Source: Octopus vulgaris (Eukaryota). From it: a stretch of 64,000 nucleotides of DNA. A program made the translations under genes and the position numbers. The DNA is taken from NCBI GenBank assembly GCA_951406725.2, contig OX597816.1:75020001-75084000 (forward strand). Reading direction: 5' to 3'. Below, in pieces: positions 1 to 13,688 of the stretch (the stretch's first letter is position 1; each line of letters opens with the position of its first letter). The notes under the pieces were generated by a model. It made no database searches. It was not told where the DNA came from and saw nothing but the letters and a program-made list of their open reading frames with translations.

Positions 1-838
1 GTGGCACGTAAAAGCACCATCCGTTCGTGTTCGTTGCCAGCCTGGCCTGGCCCCCGTGCCGGTGACACGTAAAAGCACCATCCGTTCGTGGCCGTTTGCC
101 AGCTCTGTCTGGTCCCCGTGCCGGTGACACGTAAAAGCACTATCCGTTCATGGCCGTTTGCCAGCCCTGTCTGGCCCCCGTGTCGGTGGCATGTAAAAGC
201 ACCATCCGTTCGCTCGCCTGGCCCTCGTGCCGGTGACACGTAAAAGCACCATCCGTTCGTGTCCGTTGCCAGCCTCGCCTGGCCCCGTGCCGGTGACACG
301 TAAAAGCACCATCCGTTTCGTGGCCGTTTGCCAGCTCTGTCTGGCCCCCGTGTCGGTGGCATGTAAAAGCACCATCCGTTCGCTCGCCTGGCCCTCGTGC
401 CGGTGACACGTAAAAGCACCATCCGTTCGTGTCCGTTGCCAGCCTCGCCTGGCCCCTGTGCCAGTGACACGTAAAAGCACCATCCGTTTCGTGGCCGTTT
501 GCCAGCTCTGTCTGGCCCCCGTGTTGGTGGCACGTAAAAGCACCATCCGTTCGTGTCCGTTGCCAGCCTCGCCTGGCCCCGTGCCGGTGACACGTAAAAG
601 CACCGTCCGTTCGTGGCCGTTTGCCAGCTCTGTCTGGCACCTGTGCGGGTGGCACGTAAAAAGCACCCACTACACTCACGGAGTGGTTGGCGTTAGGAAG
701 GGCATCCAGCCGTAGAAACACTGCCAGATCTGACTGGGCCTGATGAAGCCTTCCAGCTTCACAGACCCCAGTTGAACCGTCCAACCCATGCTAGCATGGA
801 GAACGGACGGTAAATGATGATGATGATGATGATGATGA
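1..838 (+). repeat. (ATG)n-tailed interspersed repeat with an expanded internal ~46-62 bp minisatellite (~11 units)
   Basis: Repeated 'gtg(g/a)cacgtaaaagcaccatccgttcg...' units, then the shared 3' body and an ATG tail. Related copies at ~5124-5640, 7744-8022, 10733-11070, 13700-14207, 42153-42545, 45858-46195, 50290-50750, 54045-54290, 58941-59095 and 59626-59945. Confidence 0.85.
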
Positions 839-2766
839 TATATATATATTATTGAGATATTGTTTTAGAACCTGATGCCCTTTCTGCCAATAACCCCATC
901 AAAACACAAAAAGACTATAAAGTGCAATAGACAGTTTTAACACTTTAAAAAACACTTTCTCATCAGTAATCCAGTTGATAAAAACAATTTCTAAAATAAT
1001 GATTTTATACATACCGCCAGTACCAGTTTTACAAGTGAGCTGGAAATTGTGTAAATAACTGTCATTTTCCCAGAGTGTATTACAGATACCAGCTCGGAAT
1101 ACGGAATTTAATTCTGAAAATTATTTACAAAATTATTAAAAAAAAGAAACAGTTTTGATTTTAATATATAATTGTTAATTGATTATTTAAATATAGTTAA
1201 TTAGTATTAAATACAACTATCTATTCGCCCATTTTCTCTGCCAACTATTCCTAGGACAATCATGGGAGTTGACTTTTCAGGTAGCTCTTCTATAGGGTTC
1301 TAACAGAAGGAATCATCATTAGACTTACCAGCTGGGTTTCCAAGCATGGCCACATCCTTCGTGTATGATGGCATTACTTTGTCTCCAACAATTCGGTGCA
1401 ACACCAGTGCTAAATCACCTCCCTCCAACGAGACATCTGCATTGGCTGGGTCATGCCCTCCATCGTCAACCAGGAGAATTCATCTACAAAGCAATTGCCC
1501 CAGCTCCCCTTCAGTGTTGGCAAAAACGATGTGGTGGACAATGAAAAACCTGGCTGATGACAGTCAAGGCTGATCTGGAACCCAACCTAGGCCCCCATGT
1601 CTACGGCGTTCGCCGCTGGAATAGGGAGTGGTTGGAGATAACGCTGCTGTTAGCCTCAAATCGCCAGGCCTGGTCGGCGTTTGTGAGAGATGCAGCATTG
1701 AGGATGAATGCTGTCTCAAGACAAGAAGACATGGTGCACTGAGACTATGGATATTATCCAACCATCTCAATTTTATTTCTTTACTACCCACAAGGAGCTA
1801 CACACAGAGGGGACAAACAAGGACGGACAAACGCATTAAGTCGATTATATCAACCCCAGTGCGTAACTGGTATTTATTGAATCAACCCCAAAAAGATGAA
1901 AGGCAAAGTCAACCTCGGCAGAATTTGAACTCAGAACTTGAATCATTCCAAGCTAGAAAAAATGTTTGATAGGATGTCTTCTGGCTCTTTACATTTTGAG
2001 TTCAAATCCTGCTTAAGGTCAACTTTGCCTGATAAAATAAAGTACCAGTCAAGTACTGGAGTTGATATAATGGACTAACCCTCCACTAAAATTTCTGGAT
2101 TTGAGCCAAAATTTGAAAGAATATTATCTAAAGATTTATGGAGATGTACTTGCATAGCAAGTGACCTGATCTGAGATCATTTGCTGAAACAAAAACAATT
2201 GGAGCATGGAAGGTGTTTATAAACCATTTAAAATGACACAAAAACAGTTAGACCTGTTCAATGACAAAATTCCGTGCTGCACGGAATTTTGTCAGTGAAC
2301 AAGTTGTGGTTTCAAAGTGACGAAAATATTTTGACAAATTAAATTTAAATGTTGAAGTGAATCTAATGGCTTCTGTGTGTTTTTAAATGGCTTATAAACA
2401 CCTTCCACGCTGCAAGTGTTATCTAAAAAATTCCAGCAAAACAGATGCAGTGTTTAAATCAGAGTTCCTTACAAAAAAAAACATTACATATGAAAAATAT
2501 TTTAACCCCTCTTAATTGCAACCTGCCTGAGTCTGCTGTTTTTATAAATAAAGCATCCATTTTGAAGTGATCATATTTAAATCTAAACTTTCAAACCAAA
2601 TTTCATAGAGATACCATCAGATAAGTTACATTCCAAACAGTTGCTAGTTATTTTACTAAATTCCCCTTAACTTTTCAATATTTTCCACAATTAATTGACA
2701 CAGACTATGGTCTGTAAAAGATTTAAACTACACAGTTAAAATTAAGAGAATATTTTCAGGACTTAC

Positions 2767-2923
2767 CATGCTCAGTGTTGTACTGAGGGATTGAGATGAG
2801 TAATGAATGAGCTGTGTCTATGAAGGACTGATAGAGGTCACCTCGACCAAATAAAAAGATGTCCTTTAGTAGTTTCAACTGTCCAAATATATCAGAGTCT
2901 TCGACAACTAACAACCAGAGTTG
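2767..2923 (-). CDS. TUBGCP4: TUBGCP4 exon 9 (QLWLLVVEDSDIFGQLKLLKDIFLFGRGDLYQSFIDTAHSLL...TEH); gene continues beyond the left edge
   Basis: Start of the GRIP2 domain with the 'KD.FL.GRG' motif. tag| and |gtaag. Confidence 0.93.
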
Positions 2924-3989
2924 CTACAAAATAGAGAAAAAAATTATTATTTTGAATCAGTGAGTAGAAAACAATTAATTATAAAATTTAAAAAATGAAC
3001 CAAAGGTACAAGCATGTGGCATGTGATTTAAGAAGTTCAATTGAAAATCCTGTGGCTCTGGGGTTTATGTTAATGTCTGGTACACTGAGCAAGTGTATTC
3101 CACCAAAACTTCAGTCATTCTAAGTGGTGTGAGTGAAATTTGGTACACATGAACTTTGTAAGCACCCGTCAGATAGAAATATATAAGAGTGTGTGTGTAT
3201 ATAACTCCAAATTTGAACACAATTAGAGCCAGTTTGTCCAACTTACTGGAAAATGGACATAAAACAACAATGATGGAACAATCAAATATACCGACCCTAT
3301 TTCTTGACTCCTACTTAATTTAATGATCCCCAGAAAGATGAAAGGCAAAAATCAACCAGGGCCAAATCTGGATGTAAAGGGACATACCTAAATACCACAA
3401 AGCATTTTGTCCAACATTCTACCATTTTTTTGCAGTCCACCACCTTAAGTTAAATACAATTTTTATTTCAAACCTAGATACGAGGTTACAAGATTAGGGG
3501 CAGAGAGCTATCAATTAAATCAGCTCCAGTATTTGACTGGTGCTGCATTTTATCAATCCTTGAAAGGACGAAATGCAAAAGTAATCTCACTAAATTCAAA
3601 CTTAGAAAATGAAGGGAGACAACTACATACCATAAACCATGACAAGATTTGGTATCCAGACCATGAAGGAATGGACATAAAGCCAAGCAATACCTTGCAA
3701 GTGAATTTGATAGATGTAGAAGTCCATCGTGTGTCTGTGTGTGTGGGTGTGTGTATGTCTATGTTTGAACCTACACTGCTTCACAACTGGTGTTTGTTTA
3801 CATCTCCGTAACTTAACAGTTCAACAAAAGTGATTAATAGAAGAGTATCAGAGTTAACAAGAATAAATACTGGTGTTAACTTGTTCAACTAAAACCTTCA
3901 AGATGGTGTGCTAGCATGGCCGCAGTCCAATGACTGAAATAAGTTTAAAAATAAATAACAGATTTTGTTCAAAACTCTACTGATTCCAA

Positions 3990-4602
3990 GGCCGTGAACT
4001 GGCAGAATCATTAGCATGCCGGGCGAAATGCACAGCGGTATTTCGTCTGTCTTTACATTCTGAATTCAAATTCCACTGAGGTCGACTTTGCCTTTCATCC
4101 TTTTGGGGTCGATAAATTAAGAACCAGTTACGTGCTGGGGTCAATCTAATCGATTTAATCCCTTTGTCTGTCCTTGTTTGTCCCTTCTGTTTAGCCCCTT
4201 GTGGGCAATAAAGAAATAAGAAACGTTAGCATGCCGGGCGAAATGCTTAGCGGTATTTTGTCTGCCGTTACGTTGTGAGTTCAAATTCCGCCAAGGTCGA
4301 CTTTGCCTTTCATCCTTTCGGGGTCGATAAATTAAGTACCAGTTACGCACTGGTGTCGATGTAGTTGACTTAATACCTGTCTGTCGTTGTTTGTCCCCTC
4401 TATGTTTAGCCCCTTGTGGGTAATAAAGAAATAGGTATTTCGTCTGTCTTTACATTCTGAGTTCAAATTCTGCCAAGGTCCACTTTGCCTTTCATCCTTT
4501 TGGGGTCAATAAATTAAGTACCAGTTGTGTACTGGAGTCGATCTAATCAACTGACACACCTCCCCAAAAATTTCAGGCCTTGTGTCTAGAGTCGAAAAGA
4601 AA
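3990..4602 (+). mobile_element. Tandem triplet of a tRNA-headed SINE with a Meta-domain-like core
   Basis: Core 'gtcgactttgcctttcatcctttcggggtcgataaattaagtaccag' occurs three times. Dispersed copies at ~11633, 18280(-), 37457, 39790, 56935(-) and 60510. Confidence 0.75.
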
Positions 4603-5796
4603 AGAATACTCTACTGATTCCATTACATATTATATTAAGCATAATATTGATTTTTAAGACAAGCACAAAGCCACACATTTTGGAAAAAGGGCTGGTACAG
4701 TTATAGATTACATCTTCCCCACTACATCACTGGTATTGTATATTATCAAACTGACATAAGTGTAATGTTGGTTTCAAATTTTGGCACCAGGTCACCAATT
4801 TGGCGGGAGGAGGCAAGTTGATGACATTGGCCCCAGTGCTCAACTGGTTCTTATTTCTTCAACTCCAAAATGATGAAAGGCAAAGTCAACCTCAGCAGAA
4901 TTTGAACTCGGAACATAAAAGACAGATGAAAAGCTGCAAAGGATTTTGCCCAGTGTGCCAACACGATTCTACCACCTTGCCACCGTAATGCTGCCTTAAT
5001 AATGCTTCCAAATTTTGGCATATGGCAAGCAAGTTCAGAAGAGGGTTGAGTCAATTACATCAGCTACCCAGTACTCAGCTGGGATTTTATTGACCCTGAA
5101 AGGATGACTGATAAAATCAATATCATCATTATCATCATCGTTGTCGTCATCTAACATCCACTTTCCATACTAGCATGGGTTGGACGATTTGACTGAGAAC
5201 TGGCGAACCAGATGGCTGCACCAGGCTCCAATCTTGATCTGGCAGAGTTTGTATAGCTGGATGCCCTACTTAATGCCAACCACTCTGAGAGTGTAGAGGG
5301 TGCTTTAACGTGCCACCAGCACGATGGCCAGTCAGGCGGTACTGGCAACAGCCACGCTCAAATGGTGTTTTTTACGTGCCACCTGCACAGGAGCCAGTCC
5401 AGCAGCACTGGCAACAACCTCGCTCGAATGTTTTTTCACATGCCACCAGCACAAGTGCCAGTAAGGCGACGCAGGTAATGATCATGCTTGAATGGTGCTT
5501 TTTACATGCCATCAGCACGGAAGCCAGTCAGCTGCTCTGGCAATGATCATGCTTGGATGGTGCTCTTAGCGCTCCACTAGCACGAATGCCAGTCATCAAA
5601 TGTGATTTCGATTTCACTTGCCTCAACAGGTCTTCGCAAGCAGAGTTTAGTGTCCACAGCAAAATTTGAACTCAGAACATAAAGACAGACGAAATACCGC
5701 AAAGCTAATGATTCTGCCAGCTTGTCACGTTAGATAAGTAAAATACTTTGCAAAGCAATGATATTTGAAATGAAGATATTTTTTAAAAATCCTTAC

Positions 5797-5921
5797 TTCA
5801 GCAACAAACCCTCGGATGGCATTGACAGTTTCTCTGAAGTTGATTTGATTAAAATTCTTTTCCTGTGATAGTTTGAAGAGGTCTTTAGAAAAATTTTCTT
5901 GTCCTTTTCTCAAAGAGTTTT
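5797..5921 (-). CDS. TUBGCP4: TUBGCP4 exon 8 (ENSLRKGQENFSKDLFKLSQEKNFNQINFRETVNAIRGFVAE)
   Basis: tag| and |gtaag, phase 1 to 0. Matches 'F..V..IR..VAE'. Confidence 0.9.
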
Positions 5922-6212
5922 CTAATAACAAAAAAGAAAAAAAAAATTAGTAAAAAAATCACAGAATATTTTTCTTAAAATTAAAATATTTAATACTAAA
6001 AGGTATATTACATCAAAGAAATTAAAAGTGCCTTTTATGTGGCATCAGCACCAGTGCTTTTCATGTGGCACCACTACCATATTTTTACATGGAACCAGCA
6101 CCAACACTTTTTATGTGGTAGGATTAATTAATAACCTGAAAAATAATCATATTAACATCTCATTTCAAATATTTAGAATCAGGAAGTTAATTAAATTAGT
6201 TAAAAGACTCAC

Positions 6213-6351
6213 CTAGTTTCTTAATTTCTGGTGTTAACTTTTGGGTATCAAACATTTTTATGGACTCTCCAACAAACAGAATTTTTTTGGCCACTTGGTA
6301 TCCAATATATGATGGTAGGAGGTCAGCACGGATAACATAAACTCCTTGTTT
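6213..6351 (-). CDS. TUBGCP4: TUBGCP4 exon 7 (KQGVYVIRADLLPSYIGYQVAKKILFVGESIKMFDTQKLTPEIKKL)
   Basis: LPSYI...A.KILFVGES motif. AAG acceptor, |gtgag donor. Confidence 0.9.
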
Positions 6352-8480
6352 CTTATCAATAAAAGAGAGTACAAAGCAACATTGAAAAATCCCTTACAAT
6401 ATTTTGAGAAAGATGTTCAAGGAATATGGACATAGTCGTAGAAGTGGCTGTGTGGTAAGAAGCTTGCTTACCAACCACATGGTTCCAGGTTCAGTCCCAA
6501 TGCGTGGCACCTTGGGCAAGTGTCTTCTACTATAGCCTCGGGCCGACCAAAGCCTTGTGAGTGGATTTGGTAGACGGAAACTGAAAGAAGCTCGCCGTAT
6601 ATGTGTGTGTTTGTGTGTCTGTGTTTGTCCCCCAAACATTGCTTCCTAACAAAAATCAGATATTTTTTGGTGATTGTACAAATGTAGGTATGGCTGTGTG
6701 GTAAGAAGCTTGCTTCCTAACCACATGGTTCTGGATTAATTTTGTAAAATTATTTCTAAATTTCTTACAATTACCTCTCAATTTTCCTTTGAGAATTACA
6801 CATAACTACCACTAAGTTTTTGTTTACTTTCTCCAACTATTCCATGAAACCAGTAAAGGAATAAAAGAACATAAACGCTAATATGAGACAAATGAGAATA
6901 AAAGTTCCAGTGACAGAACTCTATTACTCACCAAGCAACCACCACCCAGTTGCACTACAGAATGCTAACCACCCCCCTCTTCCTAAATTAAGAACATCTC
7001 AGAACACAGATCTGCAAAATCAAGGCTGAAATAGCAACCAAATTTTCTTCAGAAATCAAATTGTCTTAAGTAAAAAAAAAGATGTACACAAAAGGAATAA
7101 AGTAGTCCTGGATACACAAAAAGATGGGACATGCATGGCTGGAGTGCCTTAGATTAAATGTCTGCTTAATATCAACATCCACTTTTCCATGTTTGCATGG
7201 ATCAGCCAGAATTTGCTGCAGCAGATTTTCCACAGCCAGATGCTCTTCCTGTCACCAACCCTTACCTGTTTCCTAGCAAGATATGCCTTGCACAGAAGAT
7301 TGAAACAAACATTTTCATTTACACGATGATGATGCTCACACCATATCTACGCAAGAATACTCACAAACACAATCACGTGTATTACAATGGACTTCTTTTA
7401 GTTTCTGTCTACCAAATCCAGTCACAAGACTTTGAGCAGTCTAAGGTTGTAGTAGAAAACACTTGTTCAAGTTGCTGTATAGTGGGACTGAACCCAAGAC
7501 CACACAATTAGGAAGTAACCATCATAACCACACACTCATGCCTATACATTCTATTTCCCCACCTTTATATTCCAGTATCTATTAGTTTTCTCTTTGATAT
7601 CTCTGATTTTCGTCAAGTAAAATATTCTTAGCAGAGGTTACAATGAGAATCCTGTAAGCAATAAATACATGGTTTAAATTCCTTCAGTGGATCTATCAGT
7701 CTTTCTTCAGTCTCAAATTAATGTTTATAATGAATGTTTAATAATCATCATCATCATCGTTTAACGTCCGTTTTCCATGCTAGCACAGGATGGACGGTTC
7801 GACCGGGGTCTGGGAAGCCATGAGGCTGCACCAGGCTCCAGTCTGATCTGGCAGTGTTTCTACAGCTGGATACCCTTCCTAACGCCAACCACTCCGTGAG
7901 TGTAGTGGGTGTTTTTTACGTGCCACCGGCACAGGTGCCAGAGGAGGTTGGCATCTGCCACGTTCGGTTTGGATGGTGCTTTTTACGTGCCACCAGCACA
8001 GGTATCACAACTACAATTTCCAATCTAAGCATCATCGTCATCCATTGTCTGTTTTCCATGCAAGCATAGGTTGGGCAGTTTGACGGGAGCAGGCCAGCTG
8101 AAAAGCCGCGCAGGCTCCAATTATGTTTAAGCATGGTTTCTACAGCTAGATGCCCTTACTAATGCTAACCACTTTACAAAGTGTAGTGGGTGCTTTTACA
8201 CGGCATGACACAGGTGCATTTACATGACACCAGTACAGGTGCTTTTTACATGGCACCAGCACCCATGAACCCACAAGGTTAGGAATGCTCAGCTGAAGAG
8301 GGATGCAGAGAACAGCCTGTATCCAAAGGCAACCATGCTTTTACTTAGCTTGATGTGTCTTTTCAAGCACAACAAACCGCCAGGAGTTTTGGTCCTTTGT
8401 AATCCCCTCTGTGAGTCCCAACGCCTGTAGATCCTTTCTCACCACTTTGTCCCAGGTCTTCCTGGAACTATAGCAATTAC

Positions 8481-8637
8481 CTTGGCATCTTGATTATTTT
8501 CTTCCTGTTCACAACTTCTAGCATTGGCTTCATGGCTCTCCTGGATGAAGAATTCCTTATATGGATCCATTAGTTTGCCATACAACATCCAAGCACAAAG
8601 ATGTTTAAACAATGGTCCATGACAGTTTGAAAGTAGC
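8481..8637 (-). CDS. TUBGCP4: TUBGCP4 exon 6 (LLSNCHGPLFKHLCAWMLYGKLMDPYKEFFIQE...)
   Basis: GCP-family W..YG.L.DPY.EFFI motif. Splice sites and phases are consistent. Confidence 0.93.
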
Positions 8638-8963
8638 CTGAAATAGAAATAAAACTTAAGTCATCTACAAAGCAACAGCAGCCACCACTGTAGTTCCAGT
8701 CATGACCAACTAATCTAATACAGCTCGACTTCAGATGAGAGTATAGTTTGAGGGATATTTAGATATATTTTGAGGGGTATTTAGATATATCTAGATATAT
8801 AAATATTTCTAGCTAGTACATCACTATGCTTGTAACATAGTTGGTAATAGCAGCACCAATGCCTATTCACAACAGTAACAGAATACTTATTTCACAACCA
8901 CAGACTAAGAATTTTAAATCAAAATTGACTACTGAAACCAGTGCACATGTGTGTGTGTATGCA

Positions 8964-9012
<49 letters not shown>

Positions 9013-9235
9013 ATATATGAGGGGGTGCTGAAAAGTTCTTGGCTTTAGGTAAAAGAAAATATAGGAAGAACAGTTAATTATGATTTTATTCAACGTATTC
9101 CCCTCTCAGACTCAGACACTTATTACAGCAGTCCTTCAGTTTTTCTAAGTCCTGTAAAAAACTCAGAAGGTTGAGCCCCTTCTCATGATACCCTTAAAGT
9201 CAAAAGTGCTTGGCAAATAGTAAAAGTACACTCAC

Positions 9236-9315
9236 CTTTCAAAAGTCTGCTTCACAACTGGTACGCCAGAAATAGAAGCTTTATGAATTCTGTCCAAGAT
9301 ATAACAACCATGAGC
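9236..9315 (-). CDS. TUBGCP4: TUBGCP4 exon 5 (AHGCYILDRIHKASISGVPVVKQTFER)
   Basis: tag| and |gtgag. Matches 'HGCQIL...G.P.V...EK'. Phase 0 to 2. Confidence 0.9.
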
Positions 9316-9900
9316 CTAGAAGTAATAATTAATGTTAATTTATTAATGTGATAAGTAATGTTTATTAAATTAAATGAAATATTAAATTTGTTTCAAGTTT
9401 TGGCACAAGGCCAGCAAGTTCAGGAGAAGGAGTAAGTCAATTACAACGACCCCCAGTACTCAACTGGTACTTATTTTATCGACCCCAGAACATAAAAATT
9501 AATTATTAAGTTAGTACGACTTAGTTAAAGTGATATTGTTTGTTTGTTTAAAGTCTATATTTGCCATGCTAATAAGGATTTGGATGAGGAGTTATCTGAA
9601 GCAGGGTTTTACAGACAGATTTTCTTCTTGTTACCAACCATTAAATGTTTTTAAATAAGGAATTTCTTTTATTTTTTTTTTGTTTTATTCCAGAGTTCTT
9701 GAAAAGGGTCATAATGCCAACAAAGAATGTAAACATCACCACTGTCTTGCTCAATTGGTAAATGTGTATGCAGACAGAACAAAGGGGGGACTTTCCTTGT
9801 CTTGACATCACAAAATCATTATAAATGAATATCCTCATCATACAAATAGTGTCATGCACTTCTAAACTTAAATGAAAGCATGTTTGGTAATGGGGAAATA

Positions 9901-10448
9901 TTGGGTTGTCCAGAAAGTTTGTGCTGATTTATAGTAGCTTACTTTTCGACTTATTTTAGAACAGCGTTGAGTCCATAAAATAGGATTTGACTACACCTCC
10001 ATTTAGAGTATAGTTTAAGCTATCTTTTCGTGGAAGAAGGTTTATGTTCCTATAACCTGTATTAATTCTGTAACCCTTTAAAATGGAAGATAAGAAAGTT
10101 CATTTTCGGCATTTGATGCTTTGGGAACCAGACAAAAATTGCTGCAGCTCAGCTGGGATGTGTTACCCCACCCTCCATATTCACCAGATATTGCTACTTC
10201 GGATTTCCACTTATTCAGGTCTCTGCAGAATAGTCTTAATGGTAGAAATTTCAATTCCTTGGATGACGTAAAAAGATACCTTGATGAATTCTTTGCCATG
10301 AAACCACCTCAATTCTGGGAAGAGGATATTTTCAAGTTAAAAGAAAGATGGGGACACATTGTGCAACAAAATGGTTCATATTTGGTTGATCAAAAATGTA
10401 ATGGCAAGTATTTATTGAACTTTTTCTTGAACTTTCCGGACAACCCAA
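9901..10448 (+). mobile_element. Internally deleted mariner transposon
   Basis: TA|TTGGGTTGTCC.GAAAGTT ... AACTTTCCGGACAACCCAA|TA TIRs. Transposase C-terminus 'LPHPPYSPDIATSDFHLFRSLQNSL'. Confidence 0.9.
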
Positions 10449-11393
10449 TATTACCTTGCTTTGAACAAGTGAGGGTTGTTGTAAGAAAGGGCACACAGCC
10501 ATAGAAAATCTGCCTCAACAAATTACAACAACACTTGCAATTTTACCCATTCCCAATCACAGTATACACACATGTGGTATAAAGGAGGCAACCAAGTGGC
10601 ACATTGAGATGATTCACAGAGACACAGGTGTTATACAGAGGTGCAGGCATGGCTGCATGTTCCCCTGTGTGGCACCTTGAGCAAATGTCTTCTACTATAG
10701 ACCCTGGCTGATTAAAGTCTTATGAGTGGGTTTCATCATCATCATCGTTTAACGTCCGCTCTCCATGCTAGCATAGGTTGGACGATTTGACTGAGGTCTG
10801 GCGAGCCAGATGGCTGCACCAGGCTCCAATCTGATCTGGCAGAGTTTCTACAGCTGGATGCCCTTCCTAATGCCAACCACTCCGAGAGTGTAGTGGATGC
10901 TTTTATGTGCCACAGCACGAGGGCGAGTCAGGTGGTACTGGCAACGGCCATGCTCAAATGGTGTTTTTTACGTGCCACCTGCACAGAAGCCAGTCCAGTG
11001 GCACTGGCAACGACCTCACTCAAATGTTTCTTTTCACGTGCCACCGACACAAGTGCCAGTAAGGCGACACTGGAAACTGAAAGAAGCTTTGTGTGTGTGT
11101 GAGTGTGTGTGTGTATGTGTGAGTGTGTGTGTGTGTGTGTGTGAGTGTGTGTGAGAGAGAGAGAAAAAGAGAGAGTATGTCTGAGAGAAAGAGAGAGAGT
11201 GTGTGTGTGTTTGTGTGTGTGCACGCGCATGAGTACATGATGGTTTGGGTTTCCTTGTCTTGATATCATGTGATATTTGTAAATGAGTGTCACTATCGTA
11301 CAAGCAATGTTGTTTATTTCCAATATTCTGCAATGTTAAAACAATGATAATTGTGATGATGATGATGATGATGTTATATAATGAAAGTTGTAC

Positions 11394-11450
11394 CTCATGT
11401 TGTTTAAGTTCTGTCAAGAAAGAGGACAACGCAGGAAACAGCAGTTCATA
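11394..11450 (-). CDS. TUBGCP4: TUBGCP4 exon 4 (YELLFPALSSFLTELKQHE)
   Basis: 57-nt exon, ttttcag| and |gt. Matches 'FQLLFP..V.EQIK'. Confidence 0.88.
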
Positions 11451-13497
11451 CTGAAAAAAATCAAATATATAAAAACATCAATATTATTCAAATATATTAA
11501 TAAAATATGGAAGCAAAAGCATGCCTGTGAAGACACAGACTTCATTTTGTTATCACATAGTTCAATCAGCGAAGTGCCTTTAGAAAGTATCTTCTGCTGT
11601 AGTTATGGGCCAACTAATATGTGGTGTGTGAAAGGCGGTGAGCTGGCAGAAATGTTAGAACACTGGACGAAATGCTTAGCAGTATTTATGTTGCCTTTAC
11701 GCTCTGAGTTCAAATTCCGCCAAGGGTAACTTTGCCTTTCATCCTCTCAGGGTTGATAAATTAAGTACCAATTGCGTACTGTGGTCAATCTAATCAACTG
11801 ACCCCCCTCCCCCAAAACATTAAAACTAGAACATTAAAACTTGGTGCACATGCACAGCAGAGTTCAAGGTCAATCTTTGCCAAGTAGCTTCACTCTGTGC
11901 TTTAGCTTTGTTACTATAGCAACAGTCTGGATACTTATTGATCAGACCTCGTATGCACACCCACATACACTTGTACAAGTGTGTGTGTGAGACTAACAAG
12001 TCTTTTGCTGGCCCTGGGGTAAAGTAGAAAACATTTTACCAAGATACTACACAATGGGACTGAACCCAGAACCATGTGATTTTGAAACAAACATCTCAGT
12101 CAGTCAGGTAAAACCCATCCTCCAAAGAAATGCAATATTAATTTCTTTTAAGCTCAAACATTGTGCTAAGTTCCTAAATCCCATAATAAACCCTAGATAG
12201 TTGAAACAAACATGTACATCATGTACTTCTGCTACACACCCTCATAAAACAAAACTAACTGGACAGCAGAGTGAAACATATCCAGTCTGTTATGCTAACC
12301 CTTATACAACATGCCCTGACAACCATGCTAACCTTCACATAGAATAGGCCCAGGTTACCATGTTAGTCCTCACACATATCCAGACTACCACACTAACAAT
12401 CACACATGTCCAGACTTCAAGGCCTAAAATTTAGACATATCCTAATTGCCATGCTTTAAAAAAAAGAGCAATAAAATTTACTTCAAATCACACACCATCG
12501 TTTATTGATCATGTTTTAACATCCACATTTTTAAGCTTGTATGGGTCAGATAGAGTTTATTGGCCAGATAGCCATCCTGTCACCAACCCTTACCAGTTTC
12601 CAAGTAAGGTAGCATTTCCCCATGCCTAGACATGTTTCCAAAGAATATTGGAAATCAACAGCATTCATTTACAGCAATTACATGAGATCAAGACAAGAAG
12701 ACACACTCACACACACCATCGTTGTTTTAACTTCCAGTTTTAGATGCTTGTATGGGTCCGGCAAAATTTGTTGAGGTAAATTTTTCTACAGTCAGATGCT
12801 CTTACTGTTGCCAAACCTCACCTATTTCCAAATAAGATAATATTTCCCCATGACCTGACAGGTTTTCATGATGAGTTGCTATCAGTTTCCTTCCACCAGA
12901 TCCATTGACAAAGTTTTGGCCAATACAGGGTTATAGTAGAAGTCACTTGAAACACAGTAGGACTGAACCTGAAACCAGGAGGTTGACAAGCAAACTTCTT
13001 AATCACACAACCATGCCTGTGCCTGTCTGGAAAAAGGAAAGACACATTCATCCTAGATTCATTATCATCATTTAACATCCATTTTCCTTGCTGGTATGGG
13101 TTGGATGGTTTGACAGGAGCTTCCAACAGGGACAGCTGCACCAGGCTCCAATTGTCTGCTTTGGCATGGTTTCTATGGCCAGAAGCCCTTCCTAACACCA
13201 ACCACTTTACAGTGTAGCGGGTGCTCTTTATATTGCACTAGCACAGGTACTTCACATGTGACACCAGCATGGATGCTTTCTACATGGCACCAGCACAGCT
13301 GCTATTTACATGACACCTGCACAGGTGATTTTTTTATGTGGCACCAGCACAGGTGCTTTTTACATGGCAGGGGCTAAACAGCAACATGAAATCATTTTCT
13401 GTTTGTTTAGGATTTGAAAAGAAGGTATGCAAAGAAGTATCCCCATACATTAACCACTCAACTAACACAATAATTAAATGCCTAAAAAACATCTTAC

Positions 13498-13688
13498 CTG
13501 TTGAAGTTTAAGAAGGACTTCACTGACAGGAAGGTGTGGATCAGCTAAGGCAGATTTCTCAAGTTCCAAAATGTCATTCTGGTAGTCTTCTAGCAAAGTA
13601 TTTAATCCACTACATAAAGACATCAGGTAGACACCATGCATTTCACCAGTTGTGGAACCAGCACTATCTGGATGAAAACTGCAGAAAG
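13498..13688 (-). CDS. TUBGCP4: TUBGCP4 exon 3 (..GEMHGVYLMSLCSGLNTLLEDYQNDILELEKSALADPHLPVSEVLLKLQQ)
   Basis: tttcag| acceptor in the correct phase (a second in-phase AG lies 21 nt downstream), |gtaag donor. Matches 'HGIYLRAFCTGL...DPHL'. Confidence 0.88.

Noticed and set aside
1-660. CRISPR-like repeat/spacer appearance
   Set aside because: The 'spacers' are themselves repeated variants, the context is eukaryotic, and there are no cas genes.
140-784. 214-aa and 172-aa repetitive ORFs
   Set aside because: They are translations of the minisatellite inside an abundant interspersed repeat. The same peptides recur wherever the repeat occurs.
7560-7655. Possible extra TUBGCP4 exon between exons 6 and 7
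   Set aside because: It has a stop in the required frame, and exons 6 and 7 already join in phase.
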